64,000 bases of DNA from Botryllus schlosseri (lineage: Eukaryota), in NCBI GenBank assembly GCA_051294905.1, contig CM119371.1, positions 33,544,001 through 33,608,000 of the forward strand, in the 5' to 3' direction. Positions 11,695-24,161 of the stretch are shown here, piece by piece (within the stretch, counting starts at the first letter, position 1; each line of letters begins with the position of its first letter). A program made the position numbers and the translations under genes. The notes below the pieces were generated by a model. The model saw only the letters and a program-made list of their open reading frames with translations. It made no database searches and was not told the DNA's origin.

Positions 11695-12918
11695 CGAAAT
11701 ATCATTCAAAGTATGTGCAATCCTCAAGATGTTCGAAACTCATGCAACTAATAAGCCGTCTTTGTCTTCGCATCATTGTTTCTGCATGAAATAAAAATTG
11801 TACTAGGAAAATGCATCAGATCTTCGCATGCAAAAAGCCCAGATGTTATACGTCGAACGATGTTCGCAATAACAATTAGGAAATTTCTTATTTTTTTAAA
11901 GGAATAAATTAATACAACGCCTCGTCTAGAAATGTGGTTGCAAGTATCAGCAACTAACGCGAAATGCAGATAAAGGGACATTTTGACATTTTTGAGCGTC
12001 CTCGGTGGGCCATGTACCTTCCCGGAGAAAAGAGGACAAATCCTCCTACATATGGTAATCCTACTCTCCATAATATCACACAGCAACACGAGACAACAGA
12101 CGGGCAGATAGTGCTTTAATATCGCCGACACTCCTAATTTTAATCACAGTCACGACTTATAATCAAATCCCGTCGTGGTGATACAACAATAGCGTAGAAC
12201 ATTTTAGCAAGTTCAAAGTCATTCTGATTTTGTTGCAAGGATCGTTTCAGTTCCTTATTTATTGGAAAGCGCCCGCTGCGTCTTGACCGCTAAGTAATCC
12301 TCAACCAAGGTTTTTTCACGTCTCTCTCTATCTCTCCCTCTCTCTCTCCCTCTCCTGTCTCTCTTTGTTTGCCGTGTCTACTGAAATTAGTCCAGAAAAA
12401 ATCTTATTGCGTGAGCAATTATGTCCACACTCCATTTCAAAGTATTCGCTGACGCTATTTGCGAGCTGTTGCAATGCTTGGACGTAGATTGTGTTCAATA
12501 CTGAAACTCGAAATAAGTGAGCACTGTTGTGGAATATTTACAGTCAAACGTACTGGAACATTGACTTTATATATTTCAAAGAGTTTATTTGTTTACATCA
12601 GTGTTTCTTAACCTTTTAGCCAGCGCCCCCAGGGGCGATTTGGATTTTGAAGGGCAGAAACGCTCAGGGGCGATAAGACGGCGCTGGGCTCAAGGGGGCG
12701 ATATGGGGGCGCTGAAGAAAAGTTGAGTAGCAGTAGAGGATTTAGTCGGACATGTGATTATAAAGTAAAACAACAGTTCTATATATGCCCGAGTTCTCAT
12801 TGCAAATTAACATTCGACACATTCGGGTTATTTTCCAGAAAATATTTATGACTAGGTATTTCATCGCGCAGCGAACAGTGTGTCGAAATCGAAGAAAGAG
12901 GCACTGCACTACTTTTAA

Positions 12919-13860
12919 CCCTTTTAATGGGGGGGGGGGTCAGTTTTTGCAGAACTGACCATCACTTTTCAAATTCATACCGTGACCTCCCCAGGACTTC
13001 AATCTGAGCTGTTCCAGTTTAAAAGTGGCCGGAGTATATCCTTCTACCGTTTCCGCCCTCGATCGACACCCAATACCATGTCTAGGGTTTTTTATAAGAC
13101 TAAATAAACAAACTTTCTTTCTCTCTCTCATTTTTCCAGACTGACCCCCAGGGTAGCGTCAGAGAGTCGAAAATGATGCCTCAGTGCGTTGCCACCGTTG
13201 CCTGGTTTCAAACAAGCCGTCAACCATGACCGTAAGCCACGCGGCTCGCCAGATATCGAAAAATCAAAAATACATGAAAAATTTACATATGGGAGTGGTC
13301 AGTGAGTGGTCATAATGGTCAAATTCAAGATCAATACCGAATCGGACCCCTACCGCCCAGTTAATGGCATGAAACAACGTGGTGTACTTTCTCCTGTCAT
13401 ATCCCACCATTTGCAGGCATAGTAAATCAGTTTATGACTCATATTCCGTCGCGAACTTGACTATGTTCTTGAAAATCATCGAAGCGTGACCACAATTAAC
13501 AAACCCCTCACAAAACTCCCCAGAACAAAGTTTGATGTTCCAAACGGTGATAAATTACACAGAATACCGTACAAGTCGACTTATGATGTTCTGGCAGAAT
13601 TTCTGACTATATTTCCCACTCGAAAAATATCTGGAAATTTTAGACATGGGTATTTTCAGCCGAACTTTTCATGTAAGATCGTCGGTATTCGAAAATTGTC
13701 ATGCCCTATACCTTCAAATTAGGTATCATATAAATCGGAAGATAGCAGGCTTCCCTAGAAACCAAAAGCAGTCCGCTACGACATATATATTTGGAGAAAT
13801 TGAGAGATGAGCTTGAACTTGAACTGAACACCAGTGACCCCCCCCCCCCCATTAAAAGGG
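12919..13860. mobile_element. piggyBac-type MITE
   Basis: TTAA TSDs (12915-18, 13861-64), TIR CCCTTTTAATG(G)nTCA. Confidence 0.92.
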
Positions 13861-15761
13861 TTAAGAGTGAGAGAGAGATGAGAGCCTTGTGAAGCTTTTT
13901 GGTCTAAAATATTGCCTGAATATATTTGTATTTGAGAGCTACAAAATTAAATCTTCAGCATATTTCTTCATCGTATCTTAAAAGTTAATACTGTTCAGTG
14001 TTTTGACCCGCAACCTTACATGAACGTTATATAAACTTTGCTGCTTTGTTTGGAATACATTCATGTTAAAGGTAATCTGACACCAGATGGTATGATCCCG
14101 TACCCGATGGTTGGTATATTTTGATTTGACGACTTTGATTTCATTCCGAATATAGCTCACACAAATACAATAGCGGAATTTGGTCAAGTGCTGGTCCTCT
14201 AGCACGATTCAAGCTATATCCCAGTGGCGGCTCGTCCTATAGGGCAACTGGGGCATTGCCCCACCTAAAATTCTGTTCAATAACAATTTAACCATTTATA
14301 GACGCACAGCGCTCAATATATATCGAGATCACAGCGAAACCCGCGTTCTTCTTGTGCTTTCGCTTGCAAATGCCCATACATAGCGAAGTCTCCGCGAAAA
14401 TCGAATTCTCTTCTGTGTTTTCGCTTTGTGAATGCCTAGCCGGGGCTTGCCCCGGTAGCGCTCATAACAAGCTTTCACTATCTATTCTCTCAAAGCTGCG
14501 CACAATTAAGAAACGTTACTTTACTCTCTCCTATTCGTAAAATGGCCGAGCAACCGGGGCAAATATGCTTGCTCGCCCCTAAGGTGTGATGTAACAATCG
14601 TATCTATATCTGAACTCGGATACCGTGATATGCGTTGAGTCGACCGTTGCTGGTACAGGTCGATTTTGATGGTGTTTCACACCATGATAATTCTTGAAAC
14701 TTGGTATGTCATGTCGTGATGGTGGTATTTAACACTGTCCTAAGTTTCAGGGTTTCTACTCAAAGTTTAGGGTAGTAATTCCGTTTCCAAAGTCGAGTGT
14801 GTGCTGATCGGTCATGTATCGCAAACATATTTCACGCAAAGCCGGTATTGGTCTCCATTGATTTTAACGATGCTCCTTAGCTAGATCCGTCATGAACTTT
14901 TACATGGTATGTCTTGATTTTAGTATCGAACGCTGTGCCAAGTCTCAAGGTTGACACTCAATGATTAGGGCAGCAATTTCGTTATTAAGTTCGAGTATGG
15001 TAGAGATGTGCGCTGATCTGACACTTAGCCTACCTAACGCATTGCGGATTTCACGCAAAAGCCGGTGTATCTGTGTTCCATACTGAGATAGGTGATGAGA
15101 TGATGATATCATGAAACAGTTTACTAACATCCTCGGTTTGCATTCAAATATTTAGTTTTATTTTATATTCTCCAATGTCAATTTCACCGTGGAATGGTGG
15201 CCTTCGGGCCATTTGCTCACAATTACAACCCCTGTCAAGCGCGATAGCTGTTTCGTTTTCGATGGCGGCTAACAGCTGATCGCTTGATCAGCCGATTCCT
15301 CAGTAAATATTACGCAAAATTCGGCGTTGATCTGTTCGTATTAATTTTGACAGTGTACCATACCGAAAACGGTCATGAGGCTATACTTCTCGATGATTTC
15401 ATGTAACAGTGTACCAAGTTTTCGGCTTTCATCCACGTATTTATTCGGTAATATATTTTCCGAAGGCGATTTTGCAGCAGACATATAGACACTATAGACC
15501 GTAAGCCGTATGTGTCGTGTGACAGTCTCCAGCCTCAAGGCCAGAATCTCCCAAGCTGTACCGGGACCGAATTTCCGAGGCTGCTATCCGTAGTTCTTCA
15601 GAATGATGTTTTGGATTCAATATGACATTTCCTTGTCCAATCTATGAGATAACAATTGCGTATGTGTCCGAACTCGTTGACCTTTCCAGTTATGCATACG
15701 CAATCTCTCGATTTATAGTCATTTCCATTTCTGCAGATAAGTAGTCAGGTCAAGTGCGAAC

Positions 15762-16410
15762 ATGAATCGTGTTGAATCTTTGCTCCGTACGCCGTTTAGC
15801 CAGCTGCCTTTAGAGCAAAAATTAGAGGTAAAGCGACTAGGTCCGTATCAGCCTAGAAATTGCCCATTGATCCAATCGTACGCCGGAGGAAAACGCACTC
15901 GTGCCTTTTCTTCAGCGCATTTCGATAAAAATGAATGGCTTACTTATGGCGAGGATAAAAACGCCTTGTTTTGCTTTTACTGTCTTTTATTCGACAGTGC
16001 CGGTACCGGAAGCAGTGGCTCTTGTTGGAACAAAATTGGTTAACGCGATCTGAAGCATTTGTCAGAGCGTCTGAAAACGCACTAAAAATCCCAAGTGCAC
16101 ATGGCTAGTGCAGTTAAATATAAATTGTTTGGCAGAGTAAATGTAATGTCGCAGCTCAATGAAAGTTATCGCGTATCAGTCTGCAAGCACAATGAGCTTG
16201 TAGATAAGAATAGGCATGTTCTCTCTCGGGTGATCGATGCCATTAAATTTATTGGAGTTCATGAATTGCCCCTTCGAGGCCACGATGAGAAGGAATGCTC
16301 TCTCAATAGGGGGTATTTTTGGATCTAATTAAATACACGGCTTCCATTGATAGCATTTTGCGCGAACATCTCGACACCGCGACAGTAGCTAAGGGTACCT
16401 CAAAGACTAG
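15762..16410 (+). pseudogene. hAT transposase N-terminus (TTF-type zinc finger, DUF4371-like region), with stops
   Basis: WLTY..DKNALFCFYCLLF, H..S..H, and KFIG.HELPLRGHDE...S.NRG.F motifs. Truncated at ~16410. Confidence 0.88.
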
Positions 16411-16515
16411 TGAAAAGTGAAAAATTCATCAAGATGAAATAATTTATTCATGAAATTGTTTAATGCGATATGTGCTCGCATTTCAATTTAACACAATGCT
16501 TTGATTCCTGCTTGA

Positions 16516-16920
16516 ATGATGGCAGGCAGACTCGTAATTAATCTTCCATGGATAACAGCTGGATTTTTATAATGTTTTACGTTTATGGGTGCCACCGCTT
16601 TGATTGCCTATCCCCTGGTCGTAACGCATCAGGATCGTGTACCAAACACTTTCGGACGAGGGCAAATCGATTTGACTCGCTTTCGGGACGAGAATCCATA
16701 TACAAATCGGGTCGGAGGCGCTGCAGCACTTTACAGAATTGCTGAGCATGGAACGATTAAAACACCACAAGGTGTCATGCGAATGCTCTTTGTAGGTAGT
16801 TGGTCTGCGTATTTTTGGTATAGTCTTACTCGGCGCTTGCGTAATCTCTACCACGAAATCATAACGCATGCTACTAAGGATAACCTGATGATTGATTCGT
16901 GGCATGGGAACGATTCTTAG
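16516..16920 (+). other. Non-transposase cargo ORF inside the hAT element, possibly one divergent mitochondrial-carrier (SLC25) repeat
   Basis: 111-aa ORF (16585-16920) followed by AATAAA. TALIAYPLVVTHQDR...ALYRIAEHG...VMRMLFVGSWSAYFWYSLTRRL loosely follows carrier-repeat spacing. Confidence 0.3.
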
Positions 16921-17884
16921 TTCGCGTACATTTTGTAAAATAATCATTTGAATAAAAAACAATGAATAAAACATTTGTTACCGCAGTTCAAGTCACGCCA
17001 CCGGCAAACCTTTCGCGGCACCTACGTTAAAAATCATTGTTTACGGGAAATTCATGTGGCCATCATGAACGTTGAAAAACGCTACTGTGACGTCATATTG
17101 ATAACAAGTCGCTTGCGGCCCTTGCCCCACCACCCGATATTGTCACGAGCCGCCACTGCTATATCCGATAGTAAAGTCCCAACCTGAAAAGACCGACCGG
17201 ACTTCGAACTCTTGCCACTTGCTTTTACTACTGTCCCTAACACGTGGGAGGGGCGCTAGACCCAGGCAAGTTTTGAAAGGGGGCGCTGCAAGAGACAGGT
17301 TAAGAACCAATGGTTTACGTTGTACTGCAGGAGTTCTTAAAGTACGGTTTCCGATCCAAGCATGGATCGCAAAGGATGTAAGTTTGGGTCGCAAACGTCC
17401 AAAATGTTTGCTAAATTTCTTGCAATAACAAAATTTCTTCGCGCGATATCCTGCGTTTGGTTCATTACTACACACGATCACTGTATTAACTTGACCCACA
17501 GGTAGGCCTAATAAGCGCGTCACGCAGAAAAGTCGTTACTACAATGACGTGATAATGAAAATGTGCCGTCCTTTGTATTACATAAATTGGTTTAATACCA
17601 TGATAAGATTTGTCGGACATTGGCATGTCTAGAAATCTCTAACTTAACTGGGTAATACTCGGGCAGGGTAAAAGGAAGGAAATCGCACGGTGGTGCCTCC
17701 CGCAGCCGATATGTCTTAGTACGCATCATAATACACGGAAATGATTCGACTTTATTTGCAATTGTGAAAGAGAACGATATCCATAGTACTTCTTAACGCC
17801 GCCTGAGACCGTGGGCTGCTTTAGTCTGGGGGTGTACAACGGTATTTCAAGACCGACCTTTCCTCCCGCGCCGGGACACTTGAA

Positions 17885-18185
17885 GGCATGAATTATGGCC
17901 TACATGGGGTTGCGGCCAAAAACTATGCTTAAACGCAGGATAAATGCGATAAAACCATGGCTCAAAATACTGGTGCCAAAACCTTCAATATTGATACGCC
18001 CGGTCTTCGAAATGATCGGCGCCGAATACTCTCGTCCTTGCAATCTGAGCCTTGCCCCAGACGAAAATAACGCCTCCCCGATTTGAAATCTTGTTCGTCA
18101 CACATGTTCGATAGAAGTGTACAACTGGTTGTCTGCACCTTATCTATTTTATACACGCCCTGAAATAAATGGCTTACTGATATTT
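17885..18185 (+). pseudogene. Degenerate exon region of the SMUG1-like gene (catalytic N-terminal part)
   Basis: GMNYGLHGVA (cf. SMUG1 GMNPGPFGMA), a frameshift, INAIKPWLKI (cf. V..VRDWL.I), then ENNASPI*NLVRHTC (cf. SEVSGARFWGFFRNLC) and VYNW..PYLF (cf. VHNLCPLLF), all colinear. Confidence 0.5.
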
Positions 18186-18297
18186 TAACTGTATTCATGT
18201 CGATGCGTGATGCTTGGGTCGCGAGATGAAATATAACCCAGATTATGGTCGAGATCTAAAAAGTTTAAGAACCCCTGTTGTACTGTATGCATTAGAG

Positions 18298-19549
18298 CAG
18301 GGGTCACCAACCTTTTTGCAACCAAGGGCGACTTTTGGGTACTGATTGAAGCGACGCTTACCCGTGTCAGACACAATTTCCGCTTTTATATTCATGGCAT
18401 TGGGCAGGTATCGCATAGCGGTAAGACTTCTAAGAGATTATTTTACATAAAAACATCTCATTTCAACCAGCTAGCCACTAAGACTTTTTGAGAAATCACG
18501 AATTACTTCGCACCGTGTTTATATAAATTATATAACAACTGTAAGCTCAGATTTTAATATAAATCTCGTCACACGTTAGACTGGACATCGTGTTATCTGT
18601 TTCTAAACCAGTCAGTAGGAGGCCTGGCATTGCATGCAATCAACTAGTTCGCTGTACTCTGGTATGTAACTTACACTGCAACTCAGAGTGAGTGTTCCAG
18701 ATGTGCATTAGTGAGGCGTGTTCTGTGTTTGTTATCTAATGAATGTCGTGTCCGCAAAGGCTGATTCACAACGATAAGTTGAACCAAACACGCTTGCAAC
18801 CTTCATAGCTGCTGCGCAGTGCGCATTCAAACCACTGTACTTTTCCGTGTCAACAAGGCACCAAAAGTTTGCTGCAGCCTTGTGGGCTTTGAGGTGGAGG
18901 TGATTTTGCAGTGGTACAATTTCAATCTCTAACTGTTCAGCATCCAGACATGACAGATTTCATTATACCTGACAGCAGCATCGATTACAGAAAGTTAGAA
19001 ACATGGTACTATAAATTGCGTCAAGTGTAAGAGAGACAAGTTGTGTCAAAGGATGCAATACACATTGGGCATACTGTATCTGCTAGTACGTCACCGCCAT
19101 TTGCTACCGGATAGTCATGTTGTTTACTACTTTGGCATTGTCCGGGACGTCGAGCTACCATAACGGACTCCCCCCCTTTCAAGAAGACCGTGGATGGCAT
19201 GCCGTCATATCGCCTGTATGGGCAGTACGCCGTAGGCTTATTGTACGTCTTCGATATCTTGTTATTCTACTACATGTTGGTATATTACTAATTGTAATTG
19301 GGGATATTTGATATCATCGTTTCGAGTGTTTATATATGTGTATTGTCATTTCTAAGTCACATGTTATAGTGTGATTTAAACAAAAATAGCTAAATCACTC
19401 AATTTATATATTTAAATGCTCACTGGTGATAATCTGACGAATATTGGCAAATGGTGCTATTCGATCTATTTTTAGAACAGGCTCGCGGGCCACTCATCTA
19501 GTCCTCGCGGGCTACCTGGTGCCCGCGGGCACCAGGTTGGTGACCCCTG
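18298..19549 (-). mobile_element. Charlie/SPIN-like hAT deletion derivative
   Basis: TIR CAGGGGTCACCAACCT, perfect TSD CATTAGAG. Minus-strand transposase C-terminal remnant SVFGSTYRCESAF...HRTRLTNAHLEHSL at ~18680-18800. Confidence 0.92.
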
Positions 19550-19960
19550 CATTAGAGTAACCCAGATGTAAAAGGAAGAGACGTCGTGGATAAATTATCA
19601 CATAATGGTTACAAATAGCGTCACAATGGACAAATGTGGTGCATTATGGTATCGTGGAACCAGGTGTTGAAAGAGTTATTCTTAGAAACAAAGCTATAAA
19701 CTTCACGTTCGGTGCACCAGTATGTTCTTATCGCGGCGGGCCGATATGTTTTTACAATCAGTTACGGAAAATCCTAGGGGAAATACGGCCCAATCATGAT
19801 AGTGGCTGTATAAAAGGTTACACGGGACATAGGCCTAGTTCCCCGTAGAAGAATGGATTGGAGTTTATCAATTTAGATTCAATTAAATGAAAACATTATA
19901 AAACGTCAACCGTAACGTTTTACTTTTAGAATGTTTATTCAACGTATAAATTTATTTCAG

Positions 19961-20123
19961 TTGGAAACACAAATATATCATTAGACAACTTTAACGATTC
20001 GGACCTCGATCAAGATCATTATGTGATGCAACTTTTAAAGAAAAGTGATGAGGCTCTGACTGCTGCTATAAATCTCATCAATCCTGAGCTTATCATACCA
20101 ATTGGCTGGTATGCTTGGAATAA
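19961..20123 (+). CDS. Exon of SMUG1-like uracil-DNA glycosylase gene
   Basis: TTTATTTCAG acceptor, GTAAGT donor, open frame GNTNISLDNF...MQLLKKSDEALTAAINLINPELIIPIGWYAWN, similar to SMUG1 GRNLTP...QLL..CDAALC..V.LL....VVGVGR.A. Confidence 0.7.
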
Positions 20124-21636
20124 GTAAGTTCAGCTATTTTCAAGCATTCTTTCACCAGATGTCGAGAACGAAACCAGCTACGGTTTTCGCATAAAATAAA
20201 TCACCTGTTGCTGACAAATAACAAACATTTTGTATTTGTGAAATTGGAACCATCAAACCTATTTCACAGCTCGTACTTCTACGTCCTAATCTACTGACAA
20301 CCTATCGTTATAGTATATTTAGCATAGCCGCTTTGTCATACACACTCGGATACTCGAAATTATCATTCTGTATCTTACCCACGTTATCCACGACCGCCCA
20401 CGCTGGAGGTGCTTAACAAGGGCCCAAAACTGATTATCTTGATGTTCTTTTGTTTCCTGTTTTCTTTTGCCCTTTTATTTAATTGAAAGTCGATATATAT
20501 ATATCTATCTTATATGCTATTTCTGTTAGGATTTTATTTTGGTGCCGTTTGTGCATTCTTTGTTTATTTATTTGTTAAGAGGTTTGTTAAGATGCTCCTG
20601 CACGTTTCCACTTTTGTGACCATGTTATGTCGAGTCACCAATCTGCAACGTGTTTGTTTATGTATTTTATATTTCCTTCGTCTGTTTTTTCTCTAGTATC
20701 TGACTATGACGGGTGACAAATACAAAATTGTCTTTCTTCTGTGCTATAATTCCGTCCACAGTGTAGTAGTGACATGATATCAAGAGCATGGATTTAGCTG
20801 GATGGATCCAACAACCGTTTTGGAGATTTTGGTTCGAATCAAATCGATTTCTTCACGATATCTTCGAAATGGATTTGGATTTGGACTTGGAAATGGACAT
20901 CTAAACTAGGGTGTCCGGTCAATACCGAGAAAACCATTACCGTTCGGGGCAATGTCCATTCTCGGTAATGGCATTCTCGGTAATGTCCATTCTCGGTAAT
21001 GGTTTTCTCGGTAACAGTATAGAATCCTAAACTATTGGTTGTCAAACTCTTTTTTAGGTGTTAGTGAGAATTTCGGCGCTCCCTTATTGTCACAGGAAAC
21101 ATATTATACTCATATTATTACTCACTGAATGCAATGAATACATGAAAATCCTTTTGAAATGTCTTCAGTATAGCCAACACAAATTGAAAATATGCGTTGA
21201 CATAAAACGACTTCAATACTTGCGAAAATTGACAATATGTTTGACCAATTCAGCTACCACAGATATTATCTTTGTGCGCAACAATGACGAAGGCTATAAC
21301 ATAATAAAATATGTGATGAAAACAAACTTGGCCTGATTGAAAGAAACGGGTTGCATTTTCAAGTTCATCGTAATAAATTGATTAATAAACAGGTAAACAT
21401 CTTTGACCTTTGCAAAATAATTTTTAAACGCAGCACAGTGATTGACGGTACCAAGAAACCAATGAGTTTTTTAAATGTAATTAACTGAACGTTCTAAAAT
21501 TTCCGTGCTCTAAACTCCTGCGTTCGTTTGACCCCCAATCGCACGTTGTTTTTTTCACCCTCTGAACCGTGTGATGGCTCTCCATGGGGATATGTTGCCC
21601 AATTTGGGAACCACTTCATTTAGGTTGTCTTGACAG

Positions 21637-21783
21637 AGTCAAAGGCCCGGAAATCAATCGAGGTATTGATATCGGAAGTTACGTTCCGCACCCTTCTTTC
21701 AAGAATATTGAAGATGACAAAAAGTGGATGGACGATGCGATGAGGATATAGACTGACAATGGTGTTGATGAAATGCTAGGAAA
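21637..21783 (+). pseudogene. Exon of SMUG1-like gene (HPS motif), internal TAG
   Basis: TTGACAG acceptor in phase with the previous exon. Reads VKGPEINRGIDIGSYVPHPSFKNIEDDKKWMDDAMRI*TDNGVDEML (cf. LLHPSPRN...NKGW...A...L..LG). TAG at 21749-51, donor GTATGC at 21784. Confidence 0.68.
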
Positions 21784-22127
21784 GTATGCATATTTTATCA
21801 ATTGAACAGCACGAAACTGGGGAATATTTACAACGATATGGAATTGATAGTAGACGTCAAATGGCTTTTAACTCTGTTGCATTCACTAATGCAAGTTAGT
21901 CCGTTGTCGAAATCGATGCGGTTTTACGTAACTATACGGTTCCTAGCATTCGGACAAGCTGCTAGTGCGGCTCCTTGCACAATTGGTTCAAAATTATCCT
22001 TAAAAATCAAGTGTGTACATGTGATATGTAAGCTAGAACAGTTCTCTTCAACCGTTTTCGTAGTGGAAAACCATTTTCACTTTTACTCAAAACTTGTTCA
22101 TCCCTAACCACATACCACATACGGTCA

Positions 22128-22457
22128 TAGGGTTACATGCGGATTTGTCGCCCTTTTTCATGTTTTTGCAAATGTCCTCCAAGGACGCCTAAATGTCCTC
22201 CTTTTTATGAATTCGTCCCCCCCCTCCCCCCTTACAGCTTTTAGAGCTAAGATAGTGGATAGATTCGCGTGAAAATGGGCATAGATGACGCTAAATTGGA
22301 AGTTCATGGTTCGAACGAAAGTGACGACTTTTTTTTTCGTCAACCAATTTCAAAGTCGAGTAAAATTTACCATTTCTTCGTATTTTAAGTTTTATTCCAA
22401 GTTTGAAAAGTATGAAAAAGTGTCCTCCTTTCTCGTTCCCGAAATATGGTAATCATG
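22128..22457. mobile_element. Degenerate Blackjack-like hAT MITE
   Basis: TAGGGTTAC...ATATGGTAATCATG termini and TGTCCTCC repeats. Related fragments at ~11960-12065 and ~44640-44821. Confidence 0.55.
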
Positions 22458-22834
22458 AGCCCGAACATAACCCCTATAATACACCGATTCCGTAGTAAGC
22501 CTAATCCAGGGGTGCTCAACCTTTTCTATTTCATGGCCGCATTTCGATGACATTATATATATAGCGTACGGCCGAATTACTACGGATATTCGTCATGTCC
22601 CATCTGGACGACAAGTAACCATGTTAAATTGCCTCGAGGGATCGAGGTTACTGGACCACCATTTATCACAGTGGTTCTCAAACTCGACCACCGAAATACC
22701 ATGGCTACACTCCTGGGATTATTTATATTACTCTATTTATAAGCATATGTCGGCAAGTATCAGATAAAAATGTGAGAGCTATTTCGGCGGATTCCTCGAG
22801 AATCATTATAGAGAGAGATATTGTAAGCTGGAAC

Positions 22835-24161
22835 CAGAGGTGATCAGTAACGAAGCACTTCTACCTTTTCGAAGTACTCAAGTAGTTTTCCTCTACTTCT
22901 GGTACTTACTCAAGTAGATCTTATTTTTGCTACTTATACTTCCACTTCATAATATTTGATGATCTACTTACTTACTTTTCGCTATTTTCATTTTGTCAAG
23001 TAGAAGCAGTTCAATTTTCCAATCAGGAAGATAGCCTGAGGAATGTCGGGGCTGTTTTCACGGAGTATCAACATTTAATATACATAAAAGTTAAGTAAAA
23101 CCTAGAATTTCCGTCGCGCTTCGCGCCCAGTGGATGCCGCGTTACCGGTATGATTTCAGGAAAGTATCGATGAATATAATTTAGGTAGCGGGTTGGCGTG
23201 ATATCTAGATATCTAGATATCTAGATATCCTTGAGTTCACACTACATTGTCGCCATTCTCCCACATGAAATAATTTATCGCAGTATATATGGCTCATCAT
23301 GACGTTTGAAACTGATGTTTCGCAATCTAGCATTTACTTGTCATATCGTAACCTAGCGTGTTCATGGCGCTTACTAACCTGGTAAAGTGGACTCGGACAT
23401 TTTTTGCTAGTTTTAGAGATAGTTTTAGCATACCCACCTTCGAAACTTTCTAGACTGAAGGCATGCAAAACGTGGTAAACTTTTAGAACTAGTAATTATG
23501 TTTCATTTTCAATTCCCATTATCATATACTTTGAGATATAATTAATATCAGTTCTTTTGTCTTGATAACATACATGTTGAAGTATTAAAGCAAGTGTAGC
23601 AATGCCTTTAATTTCCAGAAATAAAGTTACACAATATGGCATTTTTACGGTCCACCATATTTTTTTATTAACGTTTACTAATTGCGCAAAGTGTTTACAC
23701 CTATCTTATACAACTTCTCCGTATTGCACTTCGACTAAACTAAGGACCTTAAAATATGGGGGATGGCGCCATACCATGCTATTTTCGAAATCGTGCTGCT
23801 CGAGAAAACAGGATAACTATCGCATTTCCATATCAATCCTATCCTTTTCATTCCATGATGTGGACGAATGCTTATGCTATCGAAAATTGGATACCTGCTG
23901 GTATGCATTAATATGGACCAAGCTCTTCACCTTTCGTATAGCTCAATTTGCACCTTTATACAATCCATGTGAACAAATTAGGATCGTTTTCACAACTACT
24001 TACTTACTTGAGTACTTTTAAAATCAGTCAATTCTACTTCAACTTCAAGTAATTTTAGGTTGCTTATGGAAGAAGTACTTCTACTCGTACTTGAGTAGAT
24101 TTTCTCGTCGCTACTTCTACTTCTACTTGAGTAGCTTTCTTGACTACTTTGAAGACCTCTG
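22835..24161. mobile_element. Tol2-like hAT MITE
   Basis: CAGAGGT...ACCTCTG termini, TACTT/GAGTA subterminal repeats, perfect TSD GCTGGAAC. Confidence 0.9.

Larger units (their letters stand above)
14222..17158 (+). mobile_element. Internally deleted hAT (Tip100/ZMYM1-like) transposon
   Basis: TIR CAGTGGCGGCTCGT/ACGAGCCGCCACTG, perfect TSD CTATATCC (14214-21/17159-66). Confidence 0.93.
12599..17312. mobile_element. Charlie-like hAT MITE hosting two nested elements
   Basis: Termini CAGTGTTTCTTAACC...GGTTAAGAACCAATG, TSD GTTTACAT/GTTTACGT (7/8). Left end is also present, inverted, at ~48530-48656. Confidence 0.8.
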
